Of a DNA stretch of 32,000 bases, positions 8,796 to 17,671 are shown in pieces. This stretch comes from Ignicoccus pacificus DSM 13166 (GTDB lineage: Archaea > Thermoproteota > Thermoprotei_A > Sulfolobales > Ignicoccaceae). The DNA is taken from positions 600,001 to 632,000 of the forward strand of contig CP006868.1 of NCBI GenBank assembly GCA_025340205.1, in the 5' to 3' direction. Position numbers and translations under genes: made by a program. Position 1 is the stretch's first letter. Every line of letters begins with the position of its first letter. Below the pieces are notes generated by a model that saw only the letters and a program-made list of their open reading frames with translations, had not been told where the DNA came from and did not search any database.

Positions 8796-10268
8796 TTAGG
8801 TTAGAGGAGAGCCCTTGTAGCACCCGCTGGATATGTAGACGGTTCCGGTGTTTAGGTTCTCTCTGCTCACCAGTCCTCCTGTTGTAGGATTAACGACGGC
8901 AGAGTAGCAGAGCTCGTCGCCGTTGATGCTTGCTATTATGGTGATGCTGGACTTAGTGATGTTTTTCACTCCCACGACCTTGAAGTGGAATGTTCCAACG
9001 TTGGTAACTACGTCAAGTAAGTTCTTGGTGAAGTTTCCTAATCCGAAGATGTTCATAAAGCTTCCGTCGGTCTTGTAGATGACTCCTTGGAGCCAAGCGT
9101 AGCTTGGGGTGAGCTTGCCTATCCTTATCTCCTTCTTCCAGCCATGAGGATTGAGGTAGAGTATGGTGAACCCCTCTGGGCTGGCGGTCACGAAGGCGGC
9201 GTCTGCTAGATATCCTACTCCTTGGAAGTCTCCTATTCCCACAAAGTTGTAGAGTCCCGGCAAGACGAAGGACGTATTCTTGTTTTGAAGGACGTCGTAG
9301 AAGTACAGCTTGAAAGCGTGTACCGTTCCGGGTATAACGTTTTCTATCATGAGGATATATGGATTGGTCTTGTACGGGGCCTTCTCGAGGAACATGGGTC
9401 CGTAGGTGGTCAGCCTCATCTTCATGGGATTGAAGGTCCCGTTCGCTTGACCGTTATCACCTTTGTAGGCCCAGTAGACGTTCATGTCGAAACGCTTGGC
9501 CCATACGGCAAAGCATCCTTCGGCGTCTATGGCATCTGGAAGTATGTTCATAACGGTAGCGTTCTTGGCTTCGAACTTGAACTCCTTAAGCTTCTTCATT
9601 CCATGGAGGGCATCGTAGAAGGCGCAATAGCCGTAGGTTACGTTGCCCTTCTTCCAAGTCTTTATCTCCCAAGCGTAGATGTCGTTTCCTATCTTAATGA
9701 AGGAAGCTCTTCCAGTGGTGTTTATGTGGGCTATCTTCTTGGTTTGGTTACCGTAGAGTTCGTAAAGAGTGTTGTTTATCACCATGAGCAGCTTGTCATC
9801 CTTAACAGCATAGCTCATGAGTCTGGGGTCAATTACCGGCGCGCTGAGTCTGGGAAGGTCGTAGACTCCTACTAGCTTGCCGTCCTTAAAGGTCCATATT
9901 TGTTCCGTTCCTCCCACCGTCCTAACTGCGATGAACACAACTCCGTCCTTGGTGGGATAGTTAAGAGGAGCTGCTAACTTCACGTTTACGAGCTTTCTGA
10001 ACTTCATTGTATAGAGTTCCTTTTCGAATATCTTGTTAATGGTCCCCTTAGGCTTCGCTTGGGGCTTGGTTGTAGTAGCGGTGGTCGAAGTTTTGGGGGA
10101 TGCCTCCTTTACCTCCACATTAACCATTTCAGCCTTGCTGGTTCCCGTATGAACGGGCTTATGGATCAACACGAAGGCGAGGCCTATTATCGCGATTACC
10201 GCAATTATCACTGATGCAATTATTATCATCTTCCGGTTGTCCGCCTGAGCCTTACCTTCAGCGCTCAC
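8796..10268 (-). CDS. Membrane-anchored extracellular protein with Ser/Thr/Lys-rich linker, probable beta-propeller-like repeat domain
   Basis: N-terminal TM 'MIIIASVIIAVIAIIGLAFVLI', then the linker 'KEASPKTSTTATTTKPQAKPK', then blade-like beta-rich repeats and NxT/S sites. The ORF track starts at 10337; GTG at about 10268 is plausible. Confidence 0.6.
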   Translation of the reverse strand: MSAEGKAQADNRKMIIIASVIIAVIAIIGLAFVLIHKPVHTGTSKAEMVNVEVKEASPKTSTTATTTKPQAKPKGTINKIFEKELYTMKFRKLVNVKLAAPLNYPTKDGVVFIAVRTVGGTEQIWTFKDGKLVGVYDLPRLSAPVIDPRLMSYAVKDDKLLMVINNTLYELYGNQTKKIAHINTTGRASFIKIGNDIYAWEIKTWKKGNVTYGYCAFYDALHGMKKLKEFKFEAKNATVMNILPDAIDAEGCFAVWAKRFDMNVYWAYKGDNGQANGTFNPMKMRLTTYGPMFLEKAPYKTNPYILMIENVIPGTVHAFKLYFYDVLQNKNTSFVLPGLYNFVGIGDFQGVGYLADAAFVTASPEGFTILYLNPHGWKKEIRIGKLTPSYAWLQGVIYKTDGSFMNIFGLGNFTKNLLDVVTNVGTFHFKVVGVKNITKSSITIIASINGDELCYSAVVNPTTGGLVSRENLNTGTVYISSGCYKGSPLT

Positions 10269-10465
10269 GAAGGCTTCACCGTGAGGCCTACATGCGGAGC
10301 GCTTATTCGCATTTAAGGTGTGGAACCAAAACTTCAACTTTGTAAGAAACTCTAGTAGGCGCGAGCGAACCGGATCTTTAGGTAGCGAGCGTCGATCCGA
10401 TTAACCCTTATATTCACCTACACAGTCCAGCGCGTGGTCAGTGCTAAGCTAAAGTCAACGACGAG

Positions 10466-10987
10466 GTGATGGCAAGGTTGAGAATTCCTCTGGACACCAT
10501 ATGCGTGAAAACCGGCATCCTATGCCCCAGCTGTCAGAGGAAAGTGGACGAAGGAGAGGTACAAGAGTACGAAGTTGACGTGATGAGGAAGCTACTGGAA
10601 CTAGAGAACGAGATAAAGGAGCTGAAGAACGCCACTTACGTCAAGAGCTACGATCTAGGAAACCTGCTAATCGTTGTGCTAAAGATGGACGAGTGGGACA
10701 CCGACCTAGTGAGGAAGATCCGCCAAGCCCTCTCGAGAGCTCTCGACAGGAGGGTTAGGGTAGTGATAAAGACCCCGGAGCCCAGGGAGGTCGCCTCACA
10801 GCTACTGATACCTCTGACCGTGAGGGGAGTGAACGTCGTTTGGCTCCCCGACGGAACTCAGAAGTACGTGGTAAGGGTGAGCAGAGGCTTTTCGAGGAGG
10901 GGCCCGCGCTTACCGGCTCCCAAGGAGGAGCTCGAGAAGGTCCTGAGCGATATATTGGGAGCTCCTATAGAGATAAGGTTTGACTAA
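10466..10987 (+). CDS. Archaeal KH-domain protein related to 'transcription elongation factor NusA-like' annotations
   Basis: 'DTICVKTGILCPSCQRKVDEGEV' (CxxC) followed by a KH-like region 'LSRALDRRVRVV', then 'VNVVWLPDGTQKYVVRVSR'. Confidence 0.6.
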   Translation: MMARLRIPLDTICVKTGILCPSCQRKVDEGEVQEYEVDVMRKLLELENEIKELKNATYVKSYDLGNLLIVVLKMDEWDTDLVRKIRQALSRALDRRVRVVIKTPEPREVASQLLIPLTVRGVNVVWLPDGTQKYVVRVSRGFSRRGPRLPAPKEELEKVLSDILGAPIEIRFD

Positions 10988-10994
10988 AAGATTT

Positions 10995-11723
10995 TTATGA
11001 TTGCTCGGACTGCTCAGCGCTCTCCTGAGCGCCGCCTTCGGTCTTCTCCTCGGGCCTCTTGAGCTCCTCTACGAAGACTATCTTCTTGATGCTCGGGACG
11101 AACTTGAACACGTCGCTGACTATCATGGCCTTCACTAGCTGTATGTTCTCGCTCAGGAAGTACTTCTCGGGAACCTTTACTGTCATGGTGTCTCCCTCGA
11201 TGCTCACCTCCGCCCCCGGTATTCTCCTCTCTACCAACTTCTTGGCTTTTTCAGAATCTTCTTTTATTACATCGATTACCTTCATCTTAGCTAGTATCAC
11301 CTTACCAGCGTAGGGATGGTTGAAGTCTACCAGAACCCTTCCTCCGCTTACCGCCTTCACTACTCCGACCTTTCCTCCTATCTCGACGACCATTCCGGGA
11401 TAGACGTTCCTTATTCCGGCTCTCCTAAACTCTCCTAAGGTATACTTCTTCACCAAGGTGGGGTTCCTCGGTCCGTAGGCCTTCTCCGGAGGTATCTCGA
11501 CCTCCTTCTCCTCACCCTTCTCCATACCTACTACAGCTTCCTCCATTCCCGGGAGGAGCTTGCCCTCCCCCACGACTACTATTATGGGTTCATACTTCTC
11601 GTTTTCCTTGTAGATGCCCGCCTGCTTGGCCACCTCCTCGGAAGTAGTTTCTATCACCTCACCCGTATCCTTCAGCTTCAGCGTGTAATCCAATACTATA
11701 ACGTCGCCCTTCTCCACTGCCAC
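10995..11723 (-). CDS. FKBP-type peptidyl-prolyl cis-trans isomerase (long, SlyD-like archaeal type)
   Basis: 'GDVIVLDYTLKLKDTGEVIETT', 'LLPGMEEAVVGMEKGEEKEVEIPPEKAYG' and 'VDFNHPYAGK'. Confidence 0.93.
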   Translation of the reverse strand: MAVEKGDVIVLDYTLKLKDTGEVIETTSEEVAKQAGIYKENEKYEPIIVVVGEGKLLPGMEEAVVGMEKGEEKEVEIPPEKAYGPRNPTLVKKYTLGEFRRAGIRNVYPGMVVEIGGKVGVVKAVSGGRVLVDFNHPYAGKVILAKMKVIDVIKEDSEKAKKLVERRIPGAEVSIEGDTMTVKVPEKYFLSENIQLVKAMIVSDVFKFVPSIKKIVFVEELKRPEEKTEGGAQESAEQSEQS

Positions 11724-11771
11724 GACGCCTTCACCGTCGCGCTCTAGGAGATGGGTGGTAAAAAGGTCCCC

Positions 11772-12014
11772 CTACGCTCCCTCCTCCAAGGCCTCGAGGA
11801 TCATGAGGGCTTTCAAGATCAGCTCCCTCTCATCGTCACATAGGTTCCTCTTGTGAAGGGCCTCCTCTAACTCTCTTTCGAGAAACTTGAGGTCTGGATC
11901 GCCTTGAGAGGGGCAAGAGCTCAAACACCCTATTTCGCATAAGATTTCGATTACTCCCATCAGCTCGTCGAATAAAGCACCTCTCACCTCTTCATACCGT
12001 CTTCCACGTCCCAA
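11772..12014 (-). CDS. Small hypothetical protein (80 aa, helical, three Cys in the N-half)
   Basis: Intact ORF between FKBP and a divergent intergenic region. Confidence 0.45.
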   Translation of the reverse strand: MGRGRRYEEVRGALFDELMGVIEILCEIGCLSSCPSQGDPDLKFLERELEEALHKRNLCDDERELILKALMILEALEEGA

Positions 12015-12189
12015 GGACTCTCAAATAACACGAAGAGTGCAAATGGCTTCTCGATTCGCTCGCTGGGCGGGTAAAGGGTGGGAGCAATAGTTCCAAGACC
12101 GCTGATAATGATCGCATAGATACGAGTAAGAGCATTGAACATACTTTTGAGTATTAAGCCTTCAGGGAAGTTAGGAGGAGGGGACTGAG

Positions 12190-12381
12190 TTGAGCAAGAA
12201 GTGTCCCTTCTGCGGAGCTCAGATGGAGAAATTTGGCACGTTCAAAGACCTAGCCAAAGGAGTCAAGGTACCGCTAATAGGCGACTTAAGCAACTTGCTG
12301 AAAGAAGACATAGCTGAGGTGGAGGTCTGGTACTGCCAATCGTGCGGCTTCATAGCGCTCTTCAGGGCACAGAACCAATAA
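12190..12381 (+). CDS. Small zinc-ribbon protein
   Basis: 63 aa with two CxxC knuckles (CPFCG...CQSCG). TTG start. Confidence 0.7.
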   Translation: MSKKCPFCGAQMEKFGTFKDLAKGVKVPLIGDLSNLLKEDIAEVEVWYCQSCGFIALFRAQNQ

Positions 12382-12415
12382 ACCCGTTTTCCAGACCTCG
12401 GAGAGGTCCGAGGCT

Positions 12416-13705
12416 TTGTACGCCTCCAAGTTCAAGAGAGCTAAAGACTACCTAAGCATAGAAGCGCCCGGTCTCTGGATACTTATCCACAAGTTCAAGG
12501 TAGAGGTTGAGAAGGGATCTCACAGCGCCTACTTAGACTCTTCCGAGATGAGCATAATCATTCCGGAGTCTTGGATGAACAGGATAAGCGATCCGGAGCT
12601 AGCTACCTTGCTCGCTCACGAGGCCCTTCACGGTATCTTGGGCCACTGGATGCCTCCGAAGGAGTACGATTTAGATCAGAGGAAGTGGAACTTGGCTTGT
12701 GACGTAGAGGTAAACCACGTCTTAGATGAGATGGGCTTGCTTAGGAACTTGATAAGGATGACAGACAGGTTGCTAAGGGCGAAGCCAGTTACTTGGGAGC
12801 TCTTCTCCCACTATGGTGTAGAGCCTAACGATCCCGCGGAGACTGTATATGCTAAGATTAAGGATAAGAACTTGAGCTTCAGCACCGTTTCCCCTAACGG
12901 AAAGAAGGAGGGTCATGGCGGAATAGTTGTTCCTATGGATCTAGGCGGAGAGGGGGAAAGGGGGAAGAGAGAGACTGTATGGAAGGGCGATGAGGAGTTC
13001 AGAGAGGAGGTGAGGGAACTAGCTGAGGTGGACAAGGGAGCTGCGAAGAAGACTCTGGCCCGAGTGCTGGCTGAGGTCATAGAGGCTCAGAAGAGTGCGG
13101 GCAACGTCCCTGCCTCTCTCTTAAGGAAGTTGAAGAGGTTCTTGGGCTCTGAGGTCCCGTGGAGCAGGTTGCTCGGCGCCGCCCTTAGGGAAGGGCTAGG
13201 AACCACCGTTAGAACGTGGCAGAGACCCAATAGGAGGCTCATAGAGAACGTCCCAGGTTCCATTACGAAGGGGACTAGCATTTGGTGCTTAGTCGATACA
13301 TCTGGCTCCATTTCGGAGGAGGAGTTAAGCAAGTTCGCTGGGGAGATAATCGCGGCCGCTAGGTACGCTTCAAAAATAAATCTCTTAAGCTGGGACGCGG
13401 AGGCGTACGAGACCATAAGGGTTCGGAGCATCTCAAGGCTGAAGAACGCTCTAAAGGAGATGCTGAAGGGCGGAGGAGGGACTGTGATCTCGGAGCCTTT
13501 GAGGAGGCTCTTTAAAGAAATGAGGAGCGGAGACGCGGTAATAGTGTTCACCGATGGCTTCTGGTTTGACGCAGAATCCGAGGAAACGAGAAAGCTGATG
13601 GAATCCGTTAGGAAGAGATCCTCAGTAGCGATACTCGTGAGCACGGGGGAGGTGCCGAGGGTAGCGGAGGAGGCAAGGTGGAGGGTCGTGAAAATTACTC
13701 CATGA
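12416..13705 (+). CDS. Putative metallopeptidase fused to a VWA-like domain (DUF2201-type architecture)
   Basis: N-terminal 'LATLLAHEALHGILGHW' (HExxH); C-terminal 'SIWCLVDTSGSISEEELSKFAGEI' (MIDAS DxSGS) and 'DAVIVFTDG'. Confidence 0.8.
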   Translation: MYASKFKRAKDYLSIEAPGLWILIHKFKVEVEKGSHSAYLDSSEMSIIIPESWMNRISDPELATLLAHEALHGILGHWMPPKEYDLDQRKWNLACDVEVNHVLDEMGLLRNLIRMTDRLLRAKPVTWELFSHYGVEPNDPAETVYAKIKDKNLSFSTVSPNGKKEGHGGIVVPMDLGGEGERGKRETVWKGDEEFREEVRELAEVDKGAAKKTLARVLAEVIEAQKSAGNVPASLLRKLKRFLGSEVPWSRLLGAALREGLGTTVRTWQRPNRRLIENVPGSITKGTSIWCLVDTSGSISEEELSKFAGEIIAAARYASKINLLSWDAEAYETIRVRSISRLKNALKEMLKGGGGTVISEPLRRLFKEMRSGDAVIVFTDGFWFDAESEETRKLMESVRKRSSVAILVSTGEVPRVAEEARWRVVKITP

Positions 13706-13754
13706 TGCTCAGAAGTTATAAGCTTCTCAATGCGATCCGCGAAGGGTCTGAGTA

Positions 13755-14456
13755 ATGCAAGTCCAGACGATGGGTAAGAAGAGCTTGATACTCTCGCAAG
13801 TGAGCATGACAATATTCGCGCTGGTCATGTCGTTCTTCCCAAATTACTACGGACTGCTACTGTTAGCGTACTTCTTAATAATGCCTGTAATAATGTACAA
13901 GTTCATGGCCAAGCCTCTAAAGGAGGCCATGGGCAGGGTAAAGGGAAAGACGCTGCATGAAGAGAACGCTAAGGAGCTATTCGAGAAGGATCCTGAGTTC
14001 GAGTGGATCATGAAGGGACAGATGTTCCAGAGCCTCCTCTCCAGCCTTCCCCTCTTAGTGTTAATCGCCTTCGGATTCACCCTATGGCCAGTGATAACGC
14101 ACATAAGCGATCCATGGATCAGATTCGCTGCTATAATAGCCTACTTCGAGGGTTATACGGTGCTCAACTACTTGGTCAACAAACACATGGCTAAGCAAGT
14201 AATGAAGGTGCCTAAGCCCATAACTAACTACAAGATTACCGACAAGGGAATACAGATAAAGCCCTTTGGTACCATCAACTTCCCGCTACAATCATATGTT
14301 GTAAAGCTGAAGAAGGAGAGCTACGCAGTGGATCTCCTTTCCAAAAAGGAGGGAAGTCCGAGCTATAGGATATACACGAAAAACCCGGAGAAGGTTTACC
14401 AGCTCCTCAGCTCCTTGGGGTTGAAGGTTGAAGAAGCTGAAAGTAGTGTTGCTTGA
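13755..14456 (+). CDS. Membrane protein, probable DUF2208-like family
   Basis: Four hydrophobic segments plus a soluble C-terminal domain. Confidence 0.6.
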   Translation: MQVQTMGKKSLILSQVSMTIFALVMSFFPNYYGLLLLAYFLIMPVIMYKFMAKPLKEAMGRVKGKTLHEENAKELFEKDPEFEWIMKGQMFQSLLSSLPLLVLIAFGFTLWPVITHISDPWIRFAAIIAYFEGYTVLNYLVNKHMAKQVMKVPKPITNYKITDKGIQIKPFGTINFPLQSYVVKLKKESYAVDLLSKKEGSPSYRIYTKNPEKVYQLLSSLGLKVEEAESSVA

Positions 14457-15057
14457 ATCCTCTCTTGAACTAGCTCCCGGATGGCCCCGGGGACCCCTCA
14501 TCGATAAGAGGTATCATTATCATAGAATGTCTTCCCTCCCTCAGAAGTGGAAGAGGGGAAGGCCTGATATAGTGCACACAACCTTAATCCTACTCCAAGA
14601 CTCGTTCTTAAATATGGAAGGCCGCTTAGAGGTTTACATACATACGATAGACAACAAGGTGTATCGGGTAAGGGAAGACGAGAGGGTTCCAAAGCACTAC
14701 GACGCCTTCAAGGAGATAATGGCTCAAGTGTTAGAAAAAGGAAGGGTGCCTCCGGAGGGCGAGCCCTTAATATGGCTCGCCTATGATTCCCTCTCTGAAT
14801 TCGTGAAGGAGCACGGCGGGTTGATCTTGTTCTGGGAAGGAGGGAGGAGAGCTAAGTTCGTAGATGTGGCTAAAGATGCGTTGGAAAATGACCTTCCCGT
14901 CGGAATTGGAATGTTCCCCAGGGGCGACTTCAAGAGGAGCACGCTGAGGAAGGCTACCAGAAGGTACAGCGTAGCTGAGGGAAAACCTCTGAAGGCTTGG
15001 ACTATCGCCTACAAGCTACTCTGCGCAGCTGAGAGCTTGCTGGGAATAGACGTCTAA
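14428..15057 (+). CDS. nep1: Nep1/Emg1 16S rRNA pseudouridine methyltransferase (SPOUT)
   Basis: 'LLIDKRYHYHRM' context, 'KRGRPDIVHTTLILLQDSFLNMEGRLEVYIHT' and 'RVPKHYDAFKEIMAQVLE' are Nep1 signatures. Confidence 0.88.
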   Translation: MKKLKVVLLESSLELAPGWPRGPLIDKRYHYHRMSSLPQKWKRGRPDIVHTTLILLQDSFLNMEGRLEVYIHTIDNKVYRVREDERVPKHYDAFKEIMAQVLEKGRVPPEGEPLIWLAYDSLSEFVKEHGGLILFWEGGRRAKFVDVAKDALENDLPVGIGMFPRGDFKRSTLRKATRRYSVAEGKPLKAWTIAYKLLCAAESLLGIDV

Positions 15058-15593
15058 CGCGGCTTTATGATCATCTTACACCTTCCTTCCTCCTTCAAGA
15101 CGGCAGAATGGCCTTGAGGGGTCTCGTAGAGCTCCGGCTCCCAGCGTCTTCTCGTTAATATAGACAAACAGACGCCGATGAAGTAAGGAACGGGGCAAGC
15201 GCTCCCCTTGATCTCGGCCCCTCCAACGCCCTTGGGACAGAGCTTACACCTCTCGCTAACTATCTCTATCTTTACCTCATCCTCCTTTGCCTCAATGGAA
15301 TACTCTCCATCCTTGTAGTTATACGCCTTGAAGGCATTCTCCAAGTTTTCCTTTATTGACTTACTCTCGTTGACTATGCCTTTCTCTAGCATATAGGCAC
15401 ATATCCTCGGGGTGAAGTAATGAGCTAGTAGTCCTACCGTTCCCTGGGTCAATATTCCGAGTTCATGAAGGGATCCTAAAAGGGAGGCCATCGTTATCGA
15501 AGATAGGCTAACGTCCCTCTTCCTGATTATATCTCTCGTTTTCCTCACGCTTTCCAATAACTCATCAATTCCTAAAGTCATAGAACATCCCAT
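15054..15593 (-). CDS. Conserved hypothetical protein with CxxC...C motif (possibly V4R-like)
   Basis: 'CKLCPKGVGGAEIKGSACPVPYFIGVCLSIL'. Convergent with nep1, with a 4-nt overlap. Confidence 0.5.
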   Translation of the reverse strand: MGCSMTLGIDELLESVRKTRDIIRKRDVSLSSITMASLLGSLHELGILTQGTVGLLAHYFTPRICAYMLEKGIVNESKSIKENLENAFKAYNYKDGEYSIEAKEDEVKIEIVSERCKLCPKGVGGAEIKGSACPVPYFIGVCLSILTRRRWEPELYETPQGHSAVLKEEGRCKMIIKPR

Positions 15594-15812
15594 TCCATAC
15601 TATCGCTCGCGCTAAGTAATAAGCTGAGGTTGACCTCTCGATCAAAACTTATGCTCACGATCCTAACTTTTTCTATTTACGAACATATCAGAGAGCGGTC
15701 TCTAGTTCCTTCACCTTTACGTTTTTCCTTTAACACGCTACAAGTGCTCGAGTTACCCGTCATAACTAAAAGGTTGAAAGGTATAGGTTAGGAAGAAGCT
15801 GGGGCCTAAGCT

Positions 15813-17249
15813 TTGAGTACTCTTAAAGAGATGCACCCGAAGACCAAGAAGCAGATACTTCTCGACATGACTCTCATAGAAGGCCACATGAACGTAATAG
15901 TCGACACTGACGAAGGAATAATCAAGGACGTGAGGGTTCAAGGAATAGACTCGAGGTACTTCGAGAAGTTCTGTGAGGGCATGGCAATAGACGACCTCCC
16001 GAAGATAACTCCGAGGATCTGTGGCCTCTGTTCGGCCAGTCACCACGTCGCCTCTGCCATGGCTGTAGATCACGTTTATGGAGTCGAGATACCTCCTAGG
16101 GCCAAACTGATAAGAAGGGCCATAAACTATGGAATAATCTTGAACAACCACGTAATTCACTTAATAATGATGGGCTTTCCCGACCTACTGCTTAAGGGTA
16201 AGAACAGGAGCATGCTGAAGTTGATGACGGTGGACAAGGAGCTTGTGCAAGAGGGAATGAAGTTAGTAAAGCTAGGCCACGAGGCCGTGAGAGTCTTTGG
16301 AGGCAGGGACATCCACCCGGTAAGGGCTATGGGAGGGGGAGTAGCGAAGCCCCCCACCGAGACGGAGCTCAAGCTATTCAAGGAAATGCTCGAAAAACAC
16401 GAAGAGGTTATGAAGAAGTTCGTGAAAATGGCCCTTGACAAGCTCGCATCCGTGGAGGATCTCATAAAGTCCTACCCCAACGGAAACAAGTACTTCGGCG
16501 CGGTTGTACAAGGGAACAAGAGCGACTACTACGAGGGCAAGCTCAAGATAGTGGACCAGAAAGGCAACGTAGTAAAGGAGGTAGATCCCATAGACTATCA
16601 AAAAGCATTGAAGGAGTATACCTTCGACTGGACCTACATAAAGCCTGTCACCGTAGTAGATGAGGAGTATCCGGAAGGAGCCATAAGGGTAGGTCCCATC
16701 TCTAGGATAAACATCATAGATAGCTTCGGAACCCCTTGGGCGGACGAGCTCCTAGAGAACTTCCGCCAGAAGTTCGGAAGATATGCTTGGGACCCCTTGC
16801 TATACCACGAGGCGAGGGTCATAGAATCAGTCCACATGTTCGAAATGCTCAAGGAATTGATAGAAATGCCCGAGATGTGGGAAGGAGAGTACCTTATTGA
16901 CACTAATGGAATGAAGAACGAGAGGGGAGTGGGACTTACCGAGGCTCCTAGGGGAATACTGATTCACGACGTAACGGCCACGGAGAAGGACGGCGAAGTA
17001 GTTGTGAAGAAGTTCAACATAATAACTCCAACCGCAGTTAACGCCGCTGCTATTGAGAACGACTTGAAGAAGTTCCTCCTAGGAAAGAACTTGAAGGACG
17101 TAGAACAAGACCTCTACCGCATGGTCTCCTCCGTGGTGAGGTCATACGATCCATGCATGGCTTGTGCCACGCACTCGGTCTCTAAGGGACCGAGCATGGT
17201 AATTAGGATTAGGGAGAAGGGTAAAGAGGTAAGGGTGATCAAGGGATGA
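15813..17249 (+). CDS. [NiFe]-hydrogenase large subunit, group 3-like
   Basis: L1 motif 'RICGLCSASHH', L2 motif 'DPCMACATH' and 'VGPISRINI'. TTG start at 15813 or ATG at 15831. Confidence 0.9.
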   Translation: MSTLKEMHPKTKKQILLDMTLIEGHMNVIVDTDEGIIKDVRVQGIDSRYFEKFCEGMAIDDLPKITPRICGLCSASHHVASAMAVDHVYGVEIPPRAKLIRRAINYGIILNNHVIHLIMMGFPDLLLKGKNRSMLKLMTVDKELVQEGMKLVKLGHEAVRVFGGRDIHPVRAMGGGVAKPPTETELKLFKEMLEKHEEVMKKFVKMALDKLASVEDLIKSYPNGNKYFGAVVQGNKSDYYEGKLKIVDQKGNVVKEVDPIDYQKALKEYTFDWTYIKPVTVVDEEYPEGAIRVGPISRINIIDSFGTPWADELLENFRQKFGRYAWDPLLYHEARVIESVHMFEMLKELIEMPEMWEGEYLIDTNGMKNERGVGLTEAPRGILIHDVTATEKDGEVVVKKFNIITPTAVNAAAIENDLKKFLLGKNLKDVEQDLYRMVSSVVRSYDPCMACATHSVSKGPSMVIRIREKGKEVRVIKG

Positions 17250-17503
17250 AGGAGAAGTTCAAGGTTGTGATTAGGGAGTGGTGCAAGGGATGTCCCATCT
17301 GCGTCGACGTCTGCCCCGCTCCGGGAAACGTCTTCGAGATCGTGGACGGAAAGCCCAAGGTAGCTAGGACTGAGCTCTGCTTCGGCTGTGGTTTGTGTGC
17401 AGAGCTATGCCCCGCTAAGGCAATAGAGATAGAGGGATTGATCAAACCTCACAGGTTGCCTTTCAACGAGTACATAAGATCTCTTGTAGCTAGAATGGTT
17501 TAA
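17246..17503 (+). CDS. 2[4Fe-4S] ferredoxin-like protein
   Basis: 'CKGCPICVDVCP...CFGCGLCAELCP'. Overlaps the hydrogenase stop by 4 nt. Confidence 0.9.
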   Translation: MKEKFKVVIREWCKGCPICVDVCPAPGNVFEIVDGKPKVARTELCFGCGLCAELCPAKAIEIEGLIKPHRLPFNEYIRSLVARMV

Positions 17504-17537
17504 GCTTTTAGGGGCTTTAGGAAATCCCTCCCCGCGG

Positions 17538-17627
17538 GCCGCCGTAGCTCAGCCGGCAGAGCGCCGGCCTCGTACGGCGAACCGGGAAAGCCGGTGGTCG
17601 CGGGTTCAAGTCCCGCCGGCGGCTCCA
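17538..17627 (+). tRNA. tRNA-Thr(CGT) with encoded CCA and a 14-nt intron (17575-17588) in the anticodon loop after position 37
   Basis: Acceptor GCCGCCG/CGGCGGC, D-arm GCTC/GAGC, anticodon stem CCGGC/GCCGG, anticodon CGT at 17571-17573, T-arm GCGGG-TTCAAGT-CCCGC, discriminator T, then CCA. Confidence 0.95.
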
Positions 17628-17671
17628 AGCCTCTTAAATCCCTTTTCCCTCACGCTTTTGGGTACCAGTGC

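Noticed and set aside
10995-11040. Hairpin GCTCAG-CGCTCTC-CTGAGC as a terminator or regulatory RNA
   Set aside because: It lies in the FKBP coding tail (repetitive EQSEQS codons) and is better explained by coding repetition.
12108-12135. D'/C'-like motif CTGATAATGATCG
   Set aside because: No upstream C box at 10-15 nt and no downstream D box.
13701-13754. Possible C/D sRNA (ATGATGC ... CTGA) overlapping the VWA gene stop
   Set aside because: Only one C-like and one D box are convincing. D' and C' are missing and the spacing is poor.
17594-17671. ORF-track start of the TrmB/PLD-like protein inside the tRNA gene
   Set aside because: The first 26 codons would be read from tRNA-Thr T-arm and acceptor sequence. 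A TTG start at 17672 removes the conflict.
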